Assembly (NCBI GenBank): GCA_020721645.1
Contig: DYMH01000002.1
Location: 4,793-68,792, forward strand
Direction of reading: 5' to 3'
Source of the DNA: Draconibacterium orientale
GTDB taxonomy: Bacteria > Bacteroidota > Bacteroidia > Bacteroidales > JAADGE01
DNA: 64,000 nucleotides
A program made the position numbers and the translations under genes. Numbering within the stretch: position 1 is the first letter of the stretch; every line of letters starts with the position of its first letter. The notes beneath the pieces are model-generated. The model did not search any database, was not told the DNA's origin, and saw nothing but the letters and a program-made list of their open reading frames with translations. Shown in pieces: positions 8,496 to 18,477 of the stretch.

Positions 8496-10412
8496 TTATT
8501 CGCTCAACAAAACAAATGCCTCTTCGGAAGGCAGAGAAATTGATATTTTATTATTTTCGGATTTTATAATTTTTCCGGAAAAAATATCTCTGAATTTTGA
8601 TTTTAAAACATTTTCTATTACAATCGATTGCGTTATTTTTGAATGATTAAAACAGACAATTGCCTTTTTATTTTGATAATCTCTCGAATACACAAAAACA
8701 TCTTTTAAGTCGTCGGCAATTAAAATTTTAAAATTTCCAAAAGCAAATATTGGATTTTCGGTTCGCAGGCGAATCAATTTTTTGTAAAAGGATAGGAGAG
8801 ATGTATCCGGTTTTACTTCGTCAGTTTTTCTTGCTGCATTGAGAGGGTGATGCGTTTCATTATCGTAAACAATGTCGCTCCAAACCATTGGTTTGCGGCA
8901 ATCCGGGTCGTCGGCACCCCACATTCCCGCTTCATCGCCGTAATAAATATGCGGACTGCCGATAAAGGTAAATTGATGGATTAATACCATTTTTTGAATT
9001 TTTATTGTTCCTTCATCGGGTTTGTCGATTTTGTAGGCAGGGTCTTCGGTTGGTTTTTCACGAAATTTATAACGCGATTTATTGTAAAGTGTTGTCGAAA
9101 TACGGGGGGCATCGTGGCTTGCAACCAAATTCATCATGCCTTCGAGTTGAGCAGTGTCAATATTGTGTGTTACCATATGCAAACCTTTTGCAAATTGACT
9201 CGGTGTACTAAGATTTTTTTGATTGGCGAAAAAATTGTAGGATTCCTGAAACCAACGGTAATTCATCACGGCATCAAACATATCGCCTTGCAGAAATGGA
9301 ATAGGGTAGAGGAGGGTATTTGGCCACTTTTGCCACCAAATTTCGCCCACGATATAAAAATCGGGATTTATTTTCCTTACTTCTTTCCGAAATTCACGCC
9401 AAAAATCCATAGGTACTTCACCCGCCACATCGAGCCGATATCCGTCCACACCGTCATCGAACTTTCCGTCGCCGTTTGGGTCAATCCAGCGGCGGGCTAC
9501 CGAAAAAATGTGCTGTTTTGCTTCCGCACTGTGCAAATTTCCTTCGAAAGGCATTTCGATTTTTTGCCCAATGATGTCTTTTTTCATTTCGGGCAATGCC
9601 GCTATTCCTGCCCAACCTTTACAATAAAATTCGTTACGGGCAGTTTCCGGAATATCGAATGTATCAATTTGATACCAATCGGCATAACGAGAATTTATGC
9701 CGTTTTCCCGAACATCTTTAAATGCCCAAAATTCCCGCCCTGTATGGTTGAACGAATAATCAAGTACAACACGAATGTTACGTTTATGACATTCTGCAAT
9801 CACTTTCAGAAATAATTTATCGGCTTCGGTCCATTGCCATTGTTGAGGATTGTCGTGATTTTCGGTTTTCATTGTTTGAGCATCTTTTTGCGGATTGGGT
9901 CCGAAATTTCGGTCGATATGATGCCAATAGCGAGGATCGTATTTGTGCAAGGACGGAGCATCATTGAGCGGATTAAAATAAATTGCCCGAATGCCTAATT
10001 GGCTCACATAATCCAATTTGTCGAGAACTCCCTGCAAATCACCGCCATATCTGCGAAGTTGAAGGTTGTTCCACTTATCTTTCAAACCGGTGTGTGCAAA
10101 CCAAGGTTCAGCTTGATACCAGTCGTGGTTCCACGGGGTTATATTCCAATCTGCCGGAACCGTGTCGGGATAGGTTCCGTAGAGGTCTATTGGTTTTGGG
10201 TCGTTCGATGGGTCGCCGTTGCGAAATCGCTCTACAAATATCTGGTACCAAACTGTTTCTTTCGACCATTCGGGAACATGCGACAGCATATCTTTTTCGG
10301 ATTGTTTTGTTGGTGTTTGCCGACAAGCAGACATCAATATCAGCATAAAAAACATGAAATTAACAAAATTGCGATTCATAGGATAATAATTTTTATGGAA
10401 TGAATATTGCAA
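8496..10412 (-). CDS. GH13 alpha-amylase / cyclomaltodextrinase-like lipoprotein
   Basis: 638-aa ORF. Motifs: VWYQIFVERFRNGDPSNDP, GIRAIYFNPL, VVLDYSFNHTG, DGYRLDVAGEVP, VGEIWW, LVASHDAPR. The likely true start is the ATG at 10379 (MNRNFVNFMFFMLILMSAC lipobox). Confidence 0.85.
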   Translation of the reverse strand: MQYSFHKNYYPMNRNFVNFMFFMLILMSACRQTPTKQSEKDMLSHVPEWSKETVWYQIFVERFRNGDPSNDPKPIDLYGTYPDTVPADWNITPWNHDWYQAEPWFAHTGLKDKWNNLQLRRYGGDLQGVLDKLDYVSQLGIRAIYFNPLNDAPSLHKYDPRYWHHIDRNFGPNPQKDAQTMKTENHDNPQQWQWTEADKLFLKVIAECHKRNIRVVLDYSFNHTGREFWAFKDVRENGINSRYADWYQIDTFDIPETARNEFYCKGWAGIAALPEMKKDIIGQKIEMPFEGNLHSAEAKQHIFSVARRWIDPNGDGKFDDGVDGYRLDVAGEVPMDFWREFRKEVRKINPDFYIVGEIWWQKWPNTLLYPIPFLQGDMFDAVMNYRWFQESYNFFANQKNLSTPSQFAKGLHMVTHNIDTAQLEGMMNLVASHDAPRISTTLYNKSRYKFREKPTEDPAYKIDKPDEGTIKIQKMVLIHQFTFIGSPHIYYGDEAGMWGADDPDCRKPMVWSDIVYDNETHHPLNAARKTDEVKPDTSLLSFYKKLIRLRTENPIFAFGNFKILIADDLKDVFVYSRDYQNKKAIVCFNHSKITQSIVIENVLKSKFRDIFSGKIIKSENNKISISLPSEEAFVLLSE

Positions 10413-10444
10413 TAGGAGTAGTGGTGATATATTCTAATAAATAG

Positions 10445-12172
10445 TTATAACAAAATTTCTTTTTTTACAGCTTGATGTTCTTCAAGAAAGGAGGTTACAA
10501 TATCGTGAACCGATTCTCGACGGCTTACGTGTCCCAAAAGGTGTTCGATGCCTTCCAAGCGTAAAATATCTCGTACTTCGGAATGGGCTTCGACTATTTT
10601 AAGTTGGATATTGATTTCTTTCAAATTCAAATACAGTTTTTTGATAAATTGTGCTCCGCTCGAATCGATTGATGCAGAAGTGCTTAAATCGAAAATGACG
10701 AATTCGAGAGAAGCGTCCGAAGCCAGTATTTTTGTCCAAATTGTGGTATATACATTCGATACATTGAAATACCACAGCGAGGATTCGACTCTGAAAATCA
10801 ATATGCCCGGAATTTCTTCGTTTTTGTGATGTCGTTTGAAATCGGAATAGCGTGTTGTGTCGGGAATTTTTCCTAAAAATGCCACGTGCGGATTCGACAC
10901 TGCTTTTATCATCAATATCAGCGAAGCTACGGCAGCAATGATAACGCCCTGCAATATTCCAAAAATAACAACGCTCACAAGTGCAGTAGAGGCAACAAAG
11001 AGGTCGAAACGATTGATTTTATATAAACGTTTAAATTCCTTAAAATCGACCAATCCTTTGACAGCAACCAGAACGATTGCGGCTAAAATGACAAGAGGCA
11101 GATTTTTGAGCAAGCCTGTTAAAAATAATAAACAGAGTGATATGAAAAATGAAGCAAACAGCAGCGACATCGGCGTTTTTGCACCGGCTCCGTCGTTTAC
11201 CGCAGATTGTGACAGACCGCCGCTGACAGGGTATCCGCCACCGAGCGAAACGCCTAAATTGGCAAAACCAAGTGCAAGCATTTCTTTTCGGGCATCGACT
11301 TCGTAGCCGTTCTTGTGTGCCAAGGTTTGGGCTGCCGAAATGCTTTCGACAAAAGCCAACAGAAAACTTGCTAATGCCAGAGGAATTGCTGTCTGCAAAT
11401 CCATTAAAGTAAATGTCGGAAAATGCAATTCGGGAAAGCCCGAAGGGATATTGCCAACAGTTTTGAACCCTGTTGAGGCAAGCGGTGTTATCGACATAAT
11501 AACTATCGAAATAATGACAACAACGATTGTGATTGGTTTATGAGGAAACAATCTCTCGCCGCCGATTATCAAGCCGATTGCCGCAACGCCAAACATGAAA
11601 ACATAAATATTCGTTTCGGGTATCTGTTGAATAAAAAGTATGAATCTTCTGTAAAAACTTTCGCCCCCGCCCGGCAATCCGAAAAGTTTGGGCAATTGAG
11701 TCATTGCAATTGCTATTGCCGCACCGGCTTTGAATCCGAGCAATATCGTATCGCTGACGAAATGAATGATACTGCTTAGTTTGAAAATATAAAACACAAC
11801 ACTCAATGCTGCAAAAACCAATGCTGTGAGCGAAGCAACATTCAACCAATGTTGGATACTGCCGTCTGCCAAGCTCGAAAGTGTTGCTCCGATAATTAAT
11901 GAAATGGCTGATGTGGGACCAATTGCAAGTTGTCGGCTTGTGCCTGAGAAGGTGTAAAATAAACCGCCCAAGACATAGCCGTAAATTCCGTATTGTGGCG
12001 GCAAACCTGCAAGTGTAGCGTATGCCATGGATACCGGTATGGCATAAGCCGCCAAAGTGAGTCCGGAAATAGAATCGTAGCCCAAAAATTTTATCGAATA
12101 GGTTCTAATCCACCGTGTGAACGGAATAAACGATTCTGCTTGCTGTTGTAATCGTTGAAAATTTGGTCGCAT
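10445..12172 (-). CDS. SulP-family anion (sulfate/bicarbonate) permease with C-terminal STAS domain
   Basis: 575 aa and polytopic. Typical SulP N-terminal segment (DSISGLTLAAYAIPVSMAYATLAGLPPQYGIY). Soluble C-terminal about 130 aa. Confidence 0.85.
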   Translation of the reverse strand: MRPNFQRLQQQAESFIPFTRWIRTYSIKFLGYDSISGLTLAAYAIPVSMAYATLAGLPPQYGIYGYVLGGLFYTFSGTSRQLAIGPTSAISLIIGATLSSLADGSIQHWLNVASLTALVFAALSVVFYIFKLSSIIHFVSDTILLGFKAGAAIAIAMTQLPKLFGLPGGGESFYRRFILFIQQIPETNIYVFMFGVAAIGLIIGGERLFPHKPITIVVVIISIVIMSITPLASTGFKTVGNIPSGFPELHFPTFTLMDLQTAIPLALASFLLAFVESISAAQTLAHKNGYEVDARKEMLALGFANLGVSLGGGYPVSGGLSQSAVNDGAGAKTPMSLLFASFFISLCLLFLTGLLKNLPLVILAAIVLVAVKGLVDFKEFKRLYKINRFDLFVASTALVSVVIFGILQGVIIAAVASLILMIKAVSNPHVAFLGKIPDTTRYSDFKRHHKNEEIPGILIFRVESSLWYFNVSNVYTTIWTKILASDASLEFVIFDLSTSASIDSSGAQFIKKLYLNLKEINIQLKIVEAHSEVRDILRLEGIEHLLGHVSRRESVHDIVTSFLEEHQAVKKEILL

Positions 12173-12410
12173 TTGAGAATTTTTTTATGATTTTACAAAA
12201 ACAGCATGAATTTCAGAATTTTTGGCGTGAATTTCGGAATCGGTAGAAAATATTGAATTATAATTCGTAAAACTGCAAAAAATCTGCCGGTTATCCTTTT
12301 TTATATGATATTGATTTTATTTCGACAGAATATTTGGATAAGAATGTCGAAAATCTTGTTTTAAATTGAAAATCGATATATCCTTTTTGAAAAAAAATAA
12401 TTTTTATTCT

Positions 12411-12570
12411 ATGAGCCAAGTATAAAAAGTATAAAGTTTGAAAGTGAAAAGTGTAAAAATCGTTCATAATCAGTAATTTATGTAAAGATGTAAATTTGAC
12501 TTAAAGTCCTTATTTTCAGTATTATAACTTTATAAACTTTCTACTTTATGACTTTTTAAACTGAACTCAT
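12411..12570. repeat. Long imperfect palindrome built from AGTATAAA/AGTGAAA words
   Basis: The left arm atgagccaagtataaaaagtataaagtttgaaagtgaaaagtgtaaaaatcg roughly matches the reverse complement of the right arm cagtattataactttataaactttctactttatgactttttaaactgaactcat. About three quarters of positions match, with one indel. Confidence 0.65.
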
Positions 12571-12757
12571 AATATATAAAAACACATGCGGATTTAAGGT
12601 AGTATAAATAATCTGCGATTATAAACTCATATTCAATTGCTTATTTTTTTTTGGCTAAATCGTTTGCATACTAATATTTTTTTGATTTTCTGACCAAATC
12701 CGTCTGTTTTTTTATTTCCTTTGCATAAAAATTTATACCTTTAAATCGACTTAATAA

Positions 12758-15700
12758 ATGGAAAATCCCGTTCGCTATCAAACCAAAAATAATGTCAGAA
12801 TCGTAACAGCCGCTTCCCTTTTCGATGGGCATGATGCTTCTATCAACGTCATGCGACGCATTATTCAGGCATCAGGTGCCGAAGTTATTCACTTGGGACA
12901 CAACCGTTCGGTACAGGAAATTGTCGATTGTGCAATACAGGAAGATGCTCAGGCTGTTGCAATTACGTCATATCAAGGTGGGCATATCGAATTTTTCAAA
13001 TACATGTACGATTTGTTTAAAGAAAACGGTCGCCAAAACATCAAAATCTTCGGCGGGGGCGGAGGCGTAATTCTTCCTTCGGAAATCAAAGAATTGCAGG
13101 AATACGGCATTGCACGCATCTATTCGCCCGACGACGGTCGCCAAATGGGACTGCAAGGCATGATTAACGATTTGCTCCAAAAATCGGATTATTCCATTTC
13201 TGAAATTCCCGAAAACATTGTAAAAAAAGTTTCGGAAAAAGATGTAAAATCCATAGCCCGACTCATTTCTTGTGTCGAAAATATATCTGCTGAATCAGAT
13301 AATACGATGAGCGAAATTCGCGAAATAGCGAAACAAAAAAAAATCCCCGTTCTGGGCATCACCGGAACCGGTGGAGCAGGAAAATCCTCTTTGGTCGATG
13401 AATTGGTTCGTCGATATACCGAAAATGCACCCAAAAAATCAATTGCCGTCATCTCGGTAGATCCCACAAAACGCAAAACAGGAGGTGCATTGCTCGGCGA
13501 TCGCATTCGCATGAATGCCATCAGCCGCCCGAATGTTTATATGCGATCCCTTGCCACTCGGCAGGCAAATTTGGCGATGTCGCCATACGTAAAAGACGCT
13601 GTTGAAATAGTAAAAGCCGCCGGATACGATTTAGTCATTCTCGAAACCTCCGGAATCGGACAATCGGACACCGAAATCACCGAGCACAGCGATTTAACAT
13701 TGTACGTAATGACTCCCGAATACGGTGCAGCTACGCAATTGGAAAAGATTGATATGTTGGATTTTGCCGATTTAATTGCCATCAACAAATTCGACAAACG
13801 CGGTGCCGCAGATGCACTCCGTGATGTGAAAAAACAATATCAACGCAACAATGAACTGTTCGACATAGATTTGGATTCGATGCCGGTTTTCGGAACCGTT
13901 GCCTCACGTTTCAACGACCACGGAGTAAATGTTTTATATAAAGAAATCATCAAAAAACTTTCAGAAAAATTCGGTTTCCTGTTACCCGAAAAACAAGCCA
14001 TACAAGCCGAAATGTCGAGCGATGTGATTATAATTCCGCCGCAAAGAACACGTTATTTGTCCGAAATATCGGAAACCGTTCGAAAATATAACGATTGGAG
14101 CGAAAAACAGGCACAAATCGCAGATACACTTCAATCTCTTAAAAAAACATCGGATTTATTAAAAGACGAAACATCAAAATTACCTATTTCGAATTTAATC
14201 AAAGAAAAAGAAGTTTATTTGGACCATCAAAATAAAAAGATACTCGAAAATTGGTCGAATGTTGTAAAAAAATATACCGAACTTCAGTACATTTACCAAG
14301 TTCGCGGAAAAGATATTTGTGTCGATACATATACCGAAAGTCTTTCTCATCTTAAAATTCCGAAAATTTCCCTGCCCAAATACCGCAACGAAGGCGATAT
14401 TTTGAAATGGAATTTGCGTGAAAATGTTCCGGGTGAATTTCCTTATGCAGCCGGCGTTTTCCCCTTCAAAAGAGAAGGAGAGGACCCCACCCGTATGTTT
14501 GCCGGCGAAGGCGGTCCGGAACGCACAAACAAACGGTTTCACTATGTTTCGCTCGGACTTCCCGCAAAACGACTTTCAACGGCTTTCGATTCCGTAACAT
14601 TATACGGCGAAGATCCTGATATTCGTCCCGATATTTACGGAAAAATAGGAAATGCAGGCGTTTCCATAGCTTGTTTGGACGATGCCAAAAAACTCTATTC
14701 CGGGTTTGATTTATCCGATGCAAAAACTTCTGTATCGATGACCATTAACGGTCCCGCACCGATTATGACCGCGTATTTTATGAATGCCGCCATAGACCAG
14801 CAATGTGAAGTTTACATTCACAAAAACGGTTTGGAAAAAGAAATCGAACTGAAAATTGAAGAAATTTATAAGATAAAAGGAACGAAACGACCTCAATATC
14901 AAGGCGAATTGCCTGAAGGAAACAACGGATTGGGATTGATGTTGCTTGGTGTTACAGGAGATATGGTTTTGCCTTCGGAAATTTACGAAAATATCAAAAA
15001 AGAGACCATTTCGAAAGTTCGCGGAACTGTTCAGGCAGATATTTTGAAAGAAGACCAAGCCCAAAATACTTGCATTTATTCTATCGATTTTTCGCTCAAA
15101 CTCATGGGAGATATGCAAGAATATTTCATCACACATGATGTTGGGAATTTTTATTCTGTTTCAATATCAGGTTATCATATTGCAGAAGCCGGAGCGAATC
15201 CGATTTCGCAATTGGCTTTCACGCTGGCAAACGGTTTTACGTATGTAGAATATTACATTTCGCGCGGAATGAAGGTCGATGATTTTGCTCCGAATCTCTC
15301 GTTTTTCTTTTCCAACGGCATCGATCCCGAATATTCCGTGATGGGACGCGTGGCTCGCCTGATATGGGCAAAAGCCATGAAACTGAAATACAACGGAGAT
15401 GAGCGTTCGCAAAAACTGAAATATCACATTCAAACTTCCGGTCGCTCGCTGCATGCACAAGAGATTGATTTTAACGATATTCGTACTACTTTGCAAGCTT
15501 TGTATGCGATTTACGATAATTGCAATTCGTTGCACACCAATGCCTACGACGAAGCAATTACCACGCCCACCGAAGAATCGGTTCGCCGTGCGATGGCAAT
15601 TCAGTTGATTATTAACCATGAATTGGGTTTGGCAAAAAATCAAAATCCCTTACAAGGTTCGTTTATCATCGAAGAACTTACAGATTTGGTCGAAGAAGCA

Positions 15701-16120
15701 GTCCTTTCGGAATTTGACCGAATTACGGAGCGAGGCGGCGTTCCGGGGGCAATGGAAACGATGTATCAACGCGGAAAAATACAAGAAGAATCGCTGTATT
15801 ACGAAAACTTGAAACACACTGGGAAATTGCCGATTATGGGGGTGAACACCTTTTTATCTTCAACAGGTTCACCGACCGTAACGCCGGGAGAAGTGATTCG
15901 TGCCACGGAAGAAGAAAAAAGGTATCAAATTGAAATGTTGAAAGAATTACATCAATTTAACAAAGAAGAGAGTCGCGAAGCAGCAGAAATGCTGAAAACG
16001 GCAGCCATTCAAAACCAAAACGTTTTTGCAGAACTGATGAACGCTGCAAAAAAGTGTTCAATTGGTCAAATGACGGCAGCTTTGTTTCAGGTAGGCGGGC
16101 AATATAGAAGGAATATGTAA
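12758..16120 (+). CDS. icmF: Fused isobutyryl-CoA mutase (B12-binding domain + MeaB-like GTPase + mutase catalytic domain)
   Basis: 1120 aa. N-terminal DGHDASINV...IHLGHNRS (DxHxxG B12 motif), P-loop [13 protein letters not shown], and a C-terminal methylmalonyl-CoA-mutase-like TIM barrel. Confidence 0.85.
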   Translation: MENPVRYQTKNNVRIVTAASLFDGHDASINVMRRIIQASGAEVIHLGHNRSVQEIVDCAIQEDAQAVAITSYQGGHIEFFKYMYDLFKENGRQNIKIFGGGGGVILPSEIKELQEYGIARIYSPDDGRQMGLQGMINDLLQKSDYSISEIPENIVKKVSEKDVKSIARLISCVENISAESDNTMSEIREIAKQKKIPVLGITGTGGAGKSSLVDELVRRYTENAPKKSIAVISVDPTKRKTGGALLGDRIRMNAISRPNVYMRSLATRQANLAMSPYVKDAVEIVKAAGYDLVILETSGIGQSDTEITEHSDLTLYVMTPEYGAATQLEKIDMLDFADLIAINKFDKRGAADALRDVKKQYQRNNELFDIDLDSMPVFGTVASRFNDHGVNVLYKEIIKKLSEKFGFLLPEKQAIQAEMSSDVIIIPPQRTRYLSEISETVRKYNDWSEKQAQIADTLQSLKKTSDLLKDETSKLPISNLIKEKEVYLDHQNKKILENWSNVVKKYTELQYIYQVRGKDICVDTYTESLSHLKIPKISLPKYRNEGDILKWNLRENVPGEFPYAAGVFPFKREGEDPTRMFAGEGGPERTNKRFHYVSLGLPAKRLSTAFDSVTLYGEDPDIRPDIYGKIGNAGVSIACLDDAKKLYSGFDLSDAKTSVSMTINGPAPIMTAYFMNAAIDQQCEVYIHKNGLEKEIELKIEEIYKIKGTKRPQYQGELPEGNNGLGLMLLGVTGDMVLPSEIYENIKKETISKVRGTVQADILKEDQAQNTCIYSIDFSLKLMGDMQEYFITHDVGNFYSVSISGYHIAEAGANPISQLAFTLANGFTYVEYYISRGMKVDDFAPNLSFFFSNGIDPEYSVMGRVARLIWAKAMKLKYNGDERSQKLKYHIQTSGRSLHAQEIDFNDIRTTLQALYAIYDNCNSLHTNAYDEAITTPTEESVRRAMAIQLIINHELGLAKNQNPLQGSFIIEELTDLVEEAVLSEFDRITERGGVPGAMETMYQRGKIQEESLYYENLKHTGKLPIMGVNTFLSSTGSPTVTPGEVIRATEEEKRYQIEMLKELHQFNKEESREAAEMLKTAAIQNQNVFAELMNAAKKCSIGQMTAALFQVGGQYRRNM

Positions 16121-16306
16121 GTTTTGAATTGTTAATGTTAAATTGACAATGGATAATGCAAAAAAATAATATTTCAAATGAATGGAGAATTGTTATCATT
16201 GCAGACCAACTCGTATTACAAATCCGGAAATCATTTCAAAAAATATTTTTAAGGGTGTCAAACTCTAAATTTGCATAATTTTGTATCTTTGAAATAAAAA
16301 AAATAA

Positions 16307-16942
16307 ATGGAAATTATCAGCGTAATAATTTGCGATGACCATGTGATATTCCGAAAAGGTTTGAGAACGATTTTAAATGAAATTTCGGATATTAAAGTTG
16401 TCGGAGAAGCTGCCAACGGAAAGGAACTTCTGGATTTATTGAAACAAACACCTGCCGATGTTATTTTAATGGATATAAAAATGCCTGTAATGGACGGTAT
16501 TGAAGCGACCCGAAAAGTTTCGGCTTCGTATCCTGAGAGTAAAATTATTGCATTAAGTATGCATGAAGAAATCGGCTATTTTAACTCGATGACAGAAGCC
16601 GGTGCATTGGGCTATCTTCTAAAAAAAACGAATAAAGACGAGCTTCGAAATGCCATTAATGCAGTGATGGACAATGAAAACTATTTCTCGGAAGAATTTA
16701 TGAGCAATATCAATAAAAATGCACTTCCGAAGAAAAAATCAAGTGTAAAACTCTCGGACCGCGAGTTGGAGGTGCTGGAATTGGTTTGTAAAGGATTTTC
16801 GAATCTCGAAATTTCACAACAACTTGGGCTTAGTCAGCGTACTGTGGACGGACATAAAGCACGGCTTTTTGAAAAAACAGGTGCCAAAAATGCTCCTAAT
16901 TTGGTGCTTTTTGCCGTGAAAAATGGATTTATAAGTATGTGA
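16307..16942 (+). CDS. NarL/LuxR-family response regulator (REC + HTH_LuxR)
   Basis: 211 aa. Receiver with DVILMDIKMP; C-terminal LSDRELEVLELVCKGFSNLEISQQLGLSQRTVDGHKARLFEK. Confidence 0.9.
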   Translation: MEIISVIICDDHVIFRKGLRTILNEISDIKVVGEAANGKELLDLLKQTPADVILMDIKMPVMDGIEATRKVSASYPESKIIALSMHEEIGYFNSMTEAGALGYLLKKTNKDELRNAINAVMDNENYFSEEFMSNINKNALPKKKSSVKLSDRELEVLELVCKGFSNLEISQQLGLSQRTVDGHKARLFEKTGAKNAPNLVLFAVKNGFISM

Positions 16943-16960
16943 CGATAGTTCTACATGAGT

Positions 16961-16986
16961 AATAATACCTGTATTATTTTTTTTTG
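16961..16986 (+). terminator. Weak AT-stem hairpin plus T-run after the LuxR-type regulator gene
   Basis: AATAATAC-CT-GTATTATT followed by a long T-run. The stem is almost entirely A/T (a single G-C pair), so stability is low. Confidence 0.35.
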
Positions 16987-17122
16987 ATTTATTTAGTTAT
17001 TTATTTTATTTCGCAACATCTTATATATCAAAATTATACTTCTTTCCTTTTTAAAAATATGAGAAAATAAAATTAGACATTGTTATGCGTAATATTCTTA
17101 TATTGAGCAATATGCTAAGAAT

Positions 17123-17149
17123 TAGGGTAGAAATACCCTATTTTTTTTT
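17123..17149 (+). terminator. Intrinsic terminator (orphan position)
   Basis: TAGGGTA-GAAA-TACCCTA followed by T9. It lies about 180 nt after the nearest upstream plus-strand stop codon. Confidence 0.55.
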
Positions 17150-17245
17150 GCGTTTTTCACTCTAAAAATAATTTCAAAGTCGCCGTACTTTTACACTATC
17201 AAAATGATGCAAAATCACACAATTCAAATTTAAAAAATAAACACC

Positions 17246-17743
17246 ATGGCAACTTCAAAAAAAATTTTATTAGTCGATGATGATATAGATGTTATTTCGG
17301 TAATGCAAACCCTTTTGGAACACGAAGGTTATACAATAATTACCGCATCGAATAAAAAAGAAGGTATTCGATTGGCAAAAGAGCAAAAACCGGATTTGGC
17401 TATTCTTGATGTCATGATGACTTCCCAATTTGAAGGTTTTGAGTTGGCAAAAGAGCTTTACGATGACGAAGATTTAAAACGTATGCCTAAATTATTCCAA
17501 ACCTCGGTCGAAGTGTTTTCGAGCAATAATGCCGATGTGGTGGAAATGGCAAAAGAATATCGCAAAGACCCGAGACATCGCGAATTGGAAGTGATTTTGG
17601 TGGAAGACCAAAAAACCGGTAAAGCCGGTGTAGATTATCGAAATGAAGAAGGTAAATGTATTTGGGTTTCTGTTGATGGTTTCATCAAAAAACCAGTCGA
17701 TTCCAAAAAATTGCTGCCCGCCGTTAATCGACTTTTAAAATAA
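17246..17743 (+). CDS. Stand-alone receiver-domain protein (CheY-like with short C-terminal extension)
   Basis: 165 aa. Motifs: KILLVDDD, PDLAILDVMM, FIKKPVD. No output domain. Confidence 0.85.
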   Translation: MATSKKILLVDDDIDVISVMQTLLEHEGYTIITASNKKEGIRLAKEQKPDLAILDVMMTSQFEGFELAKELYDDEDLKRMPKLFQTSVEVFSSNNADVVEMAKEYRKDPRHRELEVILVEDQKTGKAGVDYRNEEGKCIWVSVDGFIKKPVDSKKLLPAVNRLLK

Positions 17744-17818
17744 TGGACAATTGATAATTGACAATGGAAAATTGTTGATAAAAAAATAATTCTAATTATC
17801 AATTATTCATTATCCATT
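17742..17818. repeat. Word-based imperfect palindrome (AATGGACAATTGATAATTGACAATGG vs AATTATCAATTATTCATTATCCATT)
   Basis: The arms match at 20 of 25 positions when the right arm is reverse-complemented. It starts inside the stop codon of the receiver gene and contains the recurrent 11-mer TTGACAATGGA. Confidence 0.7.
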
Positions 17819-17950
17819 AAAAAATAAGGCTTTAGTTCTATTTCTATATTCGAGGGATTTTATCCCGCATAATGAGTGTTTGGTTTCAGAGAGTCGGGAG
17901 GAAAGTGTTCCGGCTCTTTGTTTAAAACTTTAAAAAGAAAATTAATACCA

Positions 17951-18415
17951 ATGGATTTAATTCAAAATATCGATACAATTATCGAAAAATATCCGAAATC
18001 GGAACGTCCGAATTTAATTCCGCTGCTTCAAGATTTGCAAGAACATCAAGGATTTTTGTCCGAAGAGGCAATGGTAAAAGTGGGCAAACATTTGGCTGTT
18101 CCGGTAAGCAACATCTACGGTGTGGCTACTTTTTACAATCAGTTCAAATTTGAGCCGTCTGGGAAATATCATATCAAGGTTTGTCGCGGAACGGCTTGTC
18201 ATGTTTTGGGATCTTCAACGGTTTTGGTTGAATTGGAAAAACAATTGAAAATTAAAGCCGGCAGCACTTCTCGCGATAAAATGTTCAGCCTCGAAGTCGT
18301 TGCCTGTATCGGAGCCTGCGGATTGGCTCCCGTTATCAGTGTTAATGATACTTTTCATGCAAAAGTCAGTGCAGCTTCAATCAAGGAAATTATCGAAAGT
18401 TACAAAAATATGTAA
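17951..18415 (+). CDS. hydC: [FeFe] hydrogenase small diaphorase subunit, NuoE/HndA-like [2Fe-2S] thioredoxin-like ferredoxin
   Basis: Motifs: LIPLLQDLQEHQGFLS, CRGTACHV, ACIGACGLAP. The ATG at 17951 is preferred over the GTG at 17876 in the ORF track, because the extension has no homology-like content and covers leader hairpins. Confidence 0.85.
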   Translation: MDLIQNIDTIIEKYPKSERPNLIPLLQDLQEHQGFLSEEAMVKVGKHLAVPVSNIYGVATFYNQFKFEPSGKYHIKVCRGTACHVLGSSTVLVELEKQLKIKAGSTSRDKMFSLEVVACIGACGLAPVISVNDTFHAKVSAASIKEIIESYKNM

Positions 18416-18477
18416 GACGCAAAAAAATATCTAACAACTCATTCATAATTCATAATTTATAATTCATAATTTCTAAA

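Noticed and set aside
8994-9815. 273-aa plus-strand ORF
   Set aside because: It is antisense to the well-supported GH13 gene and has no motifs. Long antisense ORFs of this kind are expected by chance opposite a real gene. The same reasoning applies to 14711-15136, 15167-15643, 19831-20325, 21546-21962, 22239-22727, 23004-23507, 25397-25837, 26296-26727 and 50776-51177.
12173-12757. Cobalamin riboswitch upstream of the B12-dependent icmF
   Set aside because: The spacer is uniformly AT-rich, with no GC-rich multi-helix core or B12-box-like sequence. Only the word-palindrome is present.
17876-17950. Upstream alternative starts in the ORF track (17876 GTG, 24783, 33910 TTG, 34899, 41903 GTG, 44913, 46245)
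   Set aside because: The extensions overlap hairpins, tRNA-Trp or the preceding gene, or precede an obvious signal peptide or conserved N-terminus. Internal ATGs give N-termini typical of each family.
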